The notes: generated by a model not told the origin, from the letters alone. A DNA stretch of 64,000 nucleotides from Escherichia coli O157:H7 (GCF_013167455.1 NZ_CP038328.1); one strand, 5' to 3'; shown: positions 22,312 to 27,635, counted from the stretch's first letter. Translations and numbers: made by a program.

Positions 22312-22800
22312 TCAGTGTTTTAAGTCTGTTGGTGGCTTAGGGATGGGGAACCGATTTGAGTAGACACTAGCGGCATTGAGTTTTTTAACCTCTTTTTTCC
22401 CAATGCTGCCGATCTTGCGGTGGGTGAACTGGGCCAGCTTAAACGCGGCATCTAAAGCCAGTTTTGGATCTGTGTCCATGTTGTCAATCAGTATCCTGCC
22501 CATTGCTTTGATGGGGTCGGGTAGGCCGTTATCCATCATCTCAATGGTGTTAATTGATGCCCGTTCCGGTGTAACTTTTTCGGTAACTTTCTTTGTAACT
22601 TTTTTCGGTTTTGTAACCTGAAAAGTTACATCAGAAGTTACAGCCTTAAGATACTTTTTCACCTCAGGATCGTTGGATAGCTGCCAGCCTTTAACCCTTG
22701 CGGTCTTTTCGCTGTATCCAGCATGTATAGCGGCTTCCGTGGGATTTGCGCCCCTTGATAACGCATCAGCAAACCGCTTTTTTTTGGTCGTTAATGCCAT
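22312..22800 (-). CDS. terminase small subunit-like protein (Terminase_2-type N-terminal HTH)
   Basis: I chose the internal start MALTTKKKRFADALSRGANPTEAAIHAGYSEKTARVKGWQL (162 aa) with GAGG upstream. The N-terminus fits the TerS HTH pattern L..K...F......N...AA..AGYS..TA. Contains a KKVT repeat tract. Confidence 0.75.
   Translation of the reverse strand: MALTTKKKRFADALSRGANPTEAAIHAGYSEKTARVKGWQLSNDPEVKKYLKAVTSDVTFQVTKPKKVTKKVTEKVTPERASINTIEMMDNGLPDPIKAMGRILIDNMDTDPKLALDAAFKLAQFTHRKIGSIGKKEVKKLNAASVYSNRFPIPKPPTDLKH
22571..22641. repeat. array of GTAACTTT motifs (four direct, two inverted) inside the TerS-like gene
   Basis: GTAAC at 22571, 22583, 22595 (12-bp phasing) and 22613. Inverted GTTAC at 22625 and 22637. 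Confidence 0.8.
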
Positions 22801-22824
22801 GCAAAAACCTCGTTTTGAGGGGGT

Positions 22825-22845
22825 GTAACTTTTCGTGTAACTTTT
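22825..22845. repeat. two more GTAACTTTT motifs, 12 bp apart, in the 5' UTR of the TerS-like gene
   Basis: GTGTAACTTTT at 22823 and 22835. Noncoding, 25-45 bp upstream of the ATG at 22800. Confidence 0.8.
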
Positions 22846-22927
22846 TTGAAAAGCAAAATTTTCTACGAATGAGACGGGGGGCGGTGTCCAGGGCGATCGA
22901 CTTTCCGGCCGGAACACTCCCCCCCTG

Positions 22928-23089
22928 TCATTGCTCACCGAGTAACGAGATCAGGCCTTCAACTTCATCACTCAGCTTGTTTATTCGTGTCTCAAGCTCT
23001 GCGATCTTTTCCATCAATGGCGCTATGGTGTCTCTTGTTTCCTCGCCAATGGCTTTAATGATGCTTGCCTCGCGTTCTGTGATAGCCAT
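22928..23089 (-). CDS. small coiled-coil protein (53 aa), hypothetical
   Basis: Not in the track. ATG at 23089, sequence MAITEREASIIKAIGEETRDTIAPLMEKIAELETRINKLSDEVEGLISLLGEQ. Starts 4 bp after the stop of the preceding ORF. Confidence 0.45.
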   Translation of the reverse strand: MAITEREASIIKAIGEETRDTIAPLMEKIAELETRINKLSDEVEGLISLLGEQ

Positions 23090-23092
23090 TGT

Positions 23093-23287
23093 TTACGCCT
23101 CACTTGTTGCAATGCCCAGGCGTTCGCGTAACAGTACGCGCGCAAGATGCCCTATTGTTGGTGTTGCCGCCCTGCCGTAGATACCTGATTCATTCATCCG
23201 GCGCACAATATCGAACTGCAACTTTTTAAGCTCGTTAAGGATTTCATGATCAATCATCACGGTAGCGCTTTGCTTTATCTCTTCCAC
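23093..23287 (-). CDS. small ribbon-helix-helix-like protein (64 aa), first gene of the late operon
   Basis: GTG start with GGAG 8 nt upstream. Beta-strand TVMID followed by two helices (HEILNELKKLQFDIVRR; TIGHLARVLLRERL), suggesting an RHH fold. Confidence 0.5.
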   Translation of the reverse strand: MEEIKQSATVMIDHEILNELKKLQFDIVRRMNESGIYGRAATPTIGHLARVLLRERLGIATSEA

Positions 23288-23375
23288 TTTGTTTTCTCCA
23301 GATACTTATCATTGCATAACCAGTATTTTCGATAGATTATCATTAATTAACCATCTTTGAAGATATATGAGATCG

Positions 23376-23399
23376 AAAAAAAGCCGGATTGCTCCGGCT
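23376..23399 (-). terminator. rho-independent terminator ending the replication operon
   Basis: On the minus strand, AGCCGGA-GCAA-TCCGGCT followed by TTTTTTT. Confidence 0.8.
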
Positions 23400-23417
23400 A
23401 TGTGCTCACTTCTTCGG

Positions 23418-23657
23418 TTATTCTCCAGCGCTTTTAACGTTGATGGTTGTTACCTGTTCCGCTTCGGCAATCTCCCGTTCTGTCAGCGTGGCAAAGTTTG
23501 CCGCCGCTGTGGTCATGAATGCGCTTATCAGTTCGGGATGTGCTTTCGCATATCCTTCCCCGGCGTTGCGGTCGATGATTTTTATCGACACCCTTAACCA
23601 GTGTTCCGTCAAATCAAGGGCGTGCGATTGTGATTTTTTTGTGTGCTTCGCTGTCAT
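23418..23657 (-). CDS. hypothetical protein (79 aa)
   Basis: ORF between the origin and the terminator. No motif recognised. Confidence 0.5.
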   Translation of the reverse strand: MTAKHTKKSQSHALDLTEHWLRVSIKIIDRNAGEGYAKAHPELISAFMTTAAANFATLTEREIAEAEQVTTINVKSAGE

Positions 23658-23702
23658 AGGCTTTATCTCACAGCAGTAAATTAAAATTTTTGCGTTTTAA
23701 CC

Positions 23703-23931
23703 CTTCACCTGTTCACCTTTTGATATTTTATCTTTTAATTCATAATGTTAAGGGGTGAACAGTTTCACAAAAACTATTCACCAACTATTCACCACTGTTC
23801 ACCCTTGAAGCTCAATAAACAATCAAAAAGGTGAACAGTGAATAGTTTGGTGAACAGTTCATAAATAACTGTTCACCCTATAATATACTGATATAAAAGA
23901 TATTTATGACAGGGTGAACAGTGGTGAACAG
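23703..23931. promoter_or_regulatory. replication origin: about 11 iterons CTGTTCACC/GGTGAACAG flanking an AT-rich core
   Basis: Iterons at 23709, 23754, 23774, 23785, 23795, 23830, 23849, 23869, 23913 and 23923, plus degenerate copies. AT-rich stretch at 23880-23910. Immediately downstream of the primase-helicase gene. Confidence 0.8.
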
Positions 23932-23944
23932 TTATTCCATAAGT

Positions 23945-25762
23945 TTAATTTTTGCTATCGTCATTAGTGACCGATACACATGACGGCATCCAGTCTTCTG
24001 ATTCCTCCGTCAGTGTCACGTTTGAACGCAAACCGTGCTTCGTTTTCCGTTTCATATACTCCCTGCCATATTCCGCCATTGCCCCCGGCATATCTTTACC
24101 GAAGCGCGTCAGTGTTACAGGTTTACCGAATCCGTGTGCCCTCATATATGCCAGATAGGCGTGATAAAGATACCTGCGCGGACTGAACGGAATAATTTCG
24201 GCATTACCCACTAACAGACCATCACACATTACCGACGACATGAGATAGCCGCAGAAGTCCACCAGCGAATCGCCCTCGCGTTTTATCACCAGAGCTTCTT
24301 CTGATTTCTGCTGCTCATACAGCAGGCGTTTAGCTTCGTCCTGGTCAGAAAAACGAGTAAGCAGGTGGCGAATCACAACCGCCAGCTCTCCTTCTATTTT
24401 TTCTGCCAGCATGGGGTCGCGTTCGTTTTCCGGTACAACCTCCGAAAAATTGAATATCACCCGACGACGTGAAATCCCCCCGCTGCGGTCACTGAATGAC
24501 ATGGCGTTATTGTTCACCGCCAACACTACCGCCTGAATGCGTGTTGAGTAGGGGGCTTTATGCTTCGGGTCGATTGCCACCTTGTCACCGCCTGTAATGG
24601 CCTTAATTCCTGCGCCATCACCAGCGTAACGGGTCATATCCGGCATGATAATCAGCGAAAAGCCAACCACTAACGCGCGTTCCCTGGCATCTTCCAGCGC
24701 CTTCATGCTTGCCGATACCGTGTTGGCCTTACCCGCCAGCATGGTGCAAATCTCCGCCATCACGCTTTTACCACTTCCCCCTGGACCTGTTACCTCAATG
24801 AATAACTGCCAGTCGTACCGGTTCGCCAGCACCATGAATAATGCAGCCAGTACGCGATCCGCCTTGCGGTCATTCTCAGCCACCGAACGGCGTAACCACT
24901 TCCAGAAATTCGGCGCATGTGTTGCCAGCGTTTCCCCCTCTGCTGGTGGGCTGAAAGGTAATTCACTGGCAATTAACAACCAGTCGTTTTTGTTATGCTC
25001 CCGAAAATCGCCTGTCCGGGTATCAAAAACACCGTTACTGAATCCAATCAGGTTACGGGCTGTATTCCCCATTACAGGCAAACTTAACTTCATGGTATCG
25101 ACCGCCGATTTAATGGCGTTCTGCGAATAGCTGATCTCCGCATCAATGAAAATCTGTGCCATAGCTCGCTGTAATTCTTTATCCTGTACTGGCTCCCATA
25201 CAACGCCGTTGTAATAGTGAACAGTGTCAGAGTCAGCATGAATCGCCAGTTCACCGCCATAATGTGCCAGGAGAACTTCGCCGCGTTGACTTGCTCCCAT
25301 CTGGTTAAGCGCCAGTGATGAAGCGTTATCGTCTTTTACCCGCTCTTTTTTCTTTACAGGCAGTTCAACTACCTTTTTCTTTTCCGCCTGCTCTGCCCGT
25401 TCACGTTCCAGATATTCGCGCCAGTTCTCCCGTTTCTGGCTGTGCATTCCTTCAGGGTAATAATCAGCATCCCTGACACCTGCCGCTGCCAGTTTCTGCC
25501 CGATGGTATTAACAAGCCCCGAACGCAATAACCCCGCCTGATAGAGACGCACGCGATAGCGTCCGTCCGGTACGATTTGCAGGTTGTCCAGTTCGGCAAG
25601 TTGTTGCTCTCCAAGCCAGACAGGTGGCACGTTATCGCCAGCCAGTCGCCCGTCCTGTTCCTGCCACTGCTTCGCATGTGCCCACGCATCACTACCCGCA
25701 AAAATGATGACTTCCGTCATTTTGTCACGTGGCTGGTGTTTTAAATTTGGCGCTTTTTTCAT
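23945..25762 (-). CDS. P4 alpha-like / D5-type SF3 primase-helicase (pri-rep)
   Basis: 605 aa from the ATG at 25762 (GGAGAG upstream; ATGA overlap with the upstream ORF stop). Walker A GPGGSGKS, D5_N-like region and P4-family primase C-terminal pattern. Confidence 0.8.
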   Translation of the reverse strand: MKKAPNLKHQPRDKMTEVIIFAGSDAWAHAKQWQEQDGRLAGDNVPPVWLGEQQLAELDNLQIVPDGRYRVRLYQAGLLRSGLVNTIGQKLAAAGVRDADYYPEGMHSQKRENWREYLERERAEQAEKKKVVELPVKKKERVKDDNASSLALNQMGASQRGEVLLAHYGGELAIHADSDTVHYYNGVVWEPVQDKELQRAMAQIFIDAEISYSQNAIKSAVDTMKLSLPVMGNTARNLIGFSNGVFDTRTGDFREHNKNDWLLIASELPFSPPAEGETLATHAPNFWKWLRRSVAENDRKADRVLAALFMVLANRYDWQLFIEVTGPGGSGKSVMAEICTMLAGKANTVSASMKALEDARERALVVGFSLIIMPDMTRYAGDGAGIKAITGGDKVAIDPKHKAPYSTRIQAVVLAVNNNAMSFSDRSGGISRRRVIFNFSEVVPENERDPMLAEKIEGELAVVIRHLLTRFSDQDEAKRLLYEQQKSEEALVIKREGDSLVDFCGYLMSSVMCDGLLVGNAEIIPFSPRRYLYHAYLAYMRAHGFGKPVTLTRFGKDMPGAMAEYGREYMKRKTKHGLRSNVTLTEESEDWMPSCVSVTNDDSKN

Positions 25763-26058
25763 TTCTGCTCTCTCCACGCGGCAATCATGTTTTTCAGTTC
25801 CTGTAGTTTTTTATCAACATCCATACATGGCACATGGTTATTTCTGGAAGGCGGGATTTCCCGCCTGAATCTGCTAATAAAGATCTCCACGTTCAGCGAA
25901 CTATGAAATGAATAGCCATCACGAATAAAATACACACGGTCAAACATCAGTTCTTTTACCGTTACTCTGTTACCGTTCTTATCCAGATAAATAGCGCCGG
26001 GGATAATTTTTGGGTGTGCATAACCGCTGGCAGTCAAGCCAGATAAATATGTTCTCAT
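25759..26058 (-). CDS. hypothetical protein (99 aa), DUF4222-like pattern
   Basis: AIYLDKNGNRVTVKELMFDRVYFIRDGY fits, from memory, the Y.D..G..V.V....V.F.R.GY pattern of small enterobacterial prophage proteins. Translationally coupled to pri-rep. Confidence 0.55.
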   Translation of the reverse strand: MRTYLSGLTASGYAHPKIIPGAIYLDKNGNRVTVKELMFDRVYFIRDGYSFHSSLNVEIFISRFRREIPPSRNNHVPCMDVDKKLQELKNMIAAWREQK

Positions 26059-26064
26059 GATTAT

Positions 26065-26385
26065 TTATCCCCGATTTGAATCAGTATTCGCTTTCTTTAT
26101 GGCATTTAATGCATCTGTGGCATTTTCAATGGTGCACCGTAACGAAATATTAAACTGTCCAAGCATTGCCAGTAACAAACCGATATTACCCATATCAATG
26201 CGCATGACCTTTTCGTCATAGTCCTCATTTTCTGACGCATGCCACATCAGGCTACCAATTGACGCAACAGCCATTGATATATTGTCAGTAGCCCCATCCG
26301 CAGCGGAATAAACCTTTTTAGCAATATCATGCTCACAGTTAAAATGCGGATTAATCAGGTACTGGTAATTTGACATATCAGGCAT
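26065..26385 (-). CDS. hypothetical protein (106 aa)
   Basis: I chose the internal start MPDMSNYQ. Its ATG overlaps the stop of the Icd-like ORF (ATGCCTGA). Occupies the position P4 gives to cnr, between the immunity region and alpha. This is positional only. Confidence 0.55.
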   Translation of the reverse strand: MPDMSNYQYLINPHFNCEHDIAKKVYSAADGATDNISMAVASIGSLMWHASENEDYDEKVMRIDMGNIGLLLAMLGQFNISLRCTIENATDALNAIKKANTDSNRG

Positions 26386-26566
26386 GGCACACCCCCTGAC
26401 GAATACGGGCGGCGAATACAGCAACACAACCGGACGGGCAACGGCTACGCGCTTCGCGTTCCGTCCAGGCGGTTACGTGGATGATTTGATGTTCTGACGC
26501 GCCAAAGATGATAAAGCGCCAGAGAAAGGCGGTTTGAGAATGTACAAGGGTAGGGATAGTAGCCAT
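26378..26566 (-). CDS. Icd-like (host cell division inhibitor family) small protein, 62 aa
   Basis: Start MATIPTLVHSQTAFLWRF...TEREARSR with a strong SD GAGGAGG. The sequence pattern is recalled from Icd-like proteins annotated in P4-like islands. Confidence 0.65.
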   Translation of the reverse strand: MATIPTLVHSQTAFLWRFIIFGASEHQIIHVTAWTEREARSRCPSGCVAVFAARIRQGVCHA

Positions 26567-26935
26567 GTTGGCAGCCTCCTCAGTGTGGTTAAGATAACCG
26601 CCACCGGAAACGCCAATTTCGCTGGTGGCGGACTGTACAGGGTTGGCGTAACCGGACACTGAAGAAACCGGCGCGGATTGCTCCGCCCCCGTACAGCCCA
26701 CCATTGATAAGGTGTGACTATGCGGCACAAAAAAACACGCGGGGCGCGTGTTATGCGCTTCAGTTTTGCCCAGGACGCCAATCCCGGCACCCGTTTTATG
26801 AGGTGCGCGGGAATCATAGCTATTTTCGACACTGGCGATCAACTGGTTTTTTTCTCCGATATTCAGGGCCAGAAAACGCCACACAAAGGCCGTTTGTGTG
26901 TGTACAAGGTGTGGTATATGATTTACGGCAACCAT
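26378..26935 (-). CDS. upstream Icd-like paralog ORF (start 26935) that stays in frame through the terminator, the RNA and the second Icd-like ORF
   Basis: AGGAG SD plus ATG at 26935. The N-terminus MVAVNHIPHLVHTQTAFVWRF parallels the 62-aa ORF. There is no stop until 26378. Whether the long product is made is doubtful. Confidence 0.3.
   Translation of the reverse strand: MVAVNHIPHLVHTQTAFVWRFLALNIGEKNQLIASVENSYDSRAPHKTGAGIGVLGKTEAHNTRPACFFVPHSHTLSMVGCTGAEQSAPVSSVSGYANPVQSATSEIGVSGGGYLNHTEEAANMATIPTLVHSQTAFLWRFIIFGASEHQIIHVTAWTEREARSRCPSGCVAVFAARIRQGVCHA
26623..26702 (-). ncRNA. candidate C4/CI-type antisense immunity RNA (tRNA-like, RNase P-substrate-like)
   Basis: On the minus strand, a 16-bp closing helix GGUGGGCUGUACGGGG/CCCUGUACAGUCCGCC has 3 G-U pairs that would be A-C mismatches on the other strand. 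It is followed by 3' ACCA. Inside are a GCAA-tetraloop hairpin and a 5-bp hairpin whose 12-nt loop UUUCUUCAGUGU is complementary to the downstream SD region. Confidence 0.55.
26729..26751 (-). terminator. rho-independent terminator upstream of the candidate RNA
   Basis: On the minus strand, ACACGCG-CCC-CGCGUGU followed by UUUUUUU. Confidence 0.75.
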
Positions 26936-27008
26936 AACGGCTCCTAGTTTACGTTGTTGGTTAGAAGCCCTGCGAGTGGTAACGACACTTGCGGGGCTTT
27001 GTCTTTTC
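26929..27008 (+). ncRNA. candidate cis-antisense sRNA covering the SD/start of the upstream Icd-like ORF
   Basis: Promoter-like TTGTGT-17-TATGAT at 26894-26922. A strand-specific 14-bp hairpin at 26965-26999 has 2 G-U pairs on the plus strand only and is followed by UGUCUUUUC. Confidence 0.3.
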
Positions 27009-27026
27009 ATCGATTACCTTGATAAA

Positions 27027-27108
27027 GGTGTCAGCCACTATATTAGTAACAGGTGTCAGCCACGTCAATAGTGTTTTTCCGTTTTCTTGTGTGTATACTG
27101 TCAGCCAC
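27027..27108. promoter_or_regulatory. three direct operator repeats (G)GTGTCAGCCAC
   Basis: Copies at 27027-27038, 27052-27063 and 27099-27108. Two overlap the minus-strand early promoter and one overlaps the -10/TSS of the RHH gene promoter. Confidence 0.7.
27040..27068 (-). promoter_or_regulatory. sigma70-type early promoter of the satellite (TTGACG-17-TAATAT)
   Basis: On the minus strand, -35 TTGACG (27068-27063), a 17-bp spacer and -10 TAATAT (27045-27040). Directed toward the icd-like/pri-rep operon. Confidence 0.65.
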
Positions 27109-27129
27109 CTAATAACGAGGAAATCAGAT

Positions 27130-27309
27130 ATGGCAACAAAAGCAGTTAATGCAAAATCCAAAAAGCTTGAGGCTCGAGTACCACACGCAATAGCTGATGC
27201 TGTAGAAAATTTAAAGGAAGATGGCGAAAGTACAGGGCAATTTATCGTTTCGGCACTTGAAGGCGAGATCAAACGCCGCCAGCGCCGCAAGGCCAAAGAA
27301 TCAGAATAA
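27130..27309 (+). CDS. Arc/Mnt-like ribbon-helix-helix repressor (59 aa)
   Basis: Internal start with GAGGA SD. KKLEARVPHAIADAVENLKEDGESTGQFIVSALEGEI fits the Arc-type pattern (beta-strand ..L..R.P, helix, G.S...., helix). Divergent from the early operon. Confidence 0.65.
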   Translation: MATKAVNAKSKKLEARVPHAIADAVENLKEDGESTGQFIVSALEGEIKRRQRRKAKESE

Positions 27310-27366
27310 TCACTATCAGCGCCGTGGTGTGAGGTATTACGGCGCATTGCTATGCAGGACAACACA

Positions 27367-27540
27367 ATGACCGATAAAGAATTGACCAAAACATTATCAC
27401 CGGCACGGAAAAGACGGCGCAGAAAGATAGAGCATGAATCAGAAAGATTCGCACCATGTGCTTTTGCCCTTGAGCAATTCCTTAAAGAGTACAGGGAAAA
27501 GCGCTCATTGCAGGTATGGCAACGAACTGAACCAGACTGA
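27367..27540 (+). CDS. small arginine-rich protein (57 aa), hypothetical
   Basis: I prefer the second ATG because AGGA lies 7 nt upstream. Contains SPARKRRRRKIEHESER. Co-oriented with the RHH gene and followed by a terminator. Confidence 0.45.
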   Translation: MTDKELTKTLSPARKRRRRKIEHESERFAPCAFALEQFLKEYREKRSLQVWQRTEPD

Positions 27541-27635
27541 TTGCATTGCCCACCAGCCTGATAGCGGCTATCATCCCCGTGCTTATGTTTGGGATCACAT
27601 ACACATAAGGCGCAGCGGGTTAATTGTTCAGAAAG

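Noticed and set aside
23385-23396. A 12-nt hairpin CGGA-GCAA-UCCG shared by the late-operon terminator (23385-23396) and the candidate immunity RNA (26674-26685). This could be a common protein-binding (boxB-like) element.
   Set aside because: A back-of-envelope estimate predicts a few exact 12-mer repeats by chance within 9.6 kb. Short GC stems with GNRA loops are also generically favoured. I noted it but do not treat it as evidence.
23703-23931. The iteron cluster considered as a possible CRISPR array or minisatellite.
   Set aside because: The 9-bp units occur in both orientations at irregular spacing around an AT-rich core, next to a replication initiator gene. That is origin architecture, not CRISPR.
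26936-27010. The N-terminal extension of track ORF 26378..27010 (MKRQSPASVVTTRRASNQQRKLGAV...).
   Set aside because: The extension covers the leader hairpin, which sits just downstream of the predicted early-promoter start site. The internal ATG at 26935 has a proper AGGAG SD, so the extension is very unlikely to be translated.
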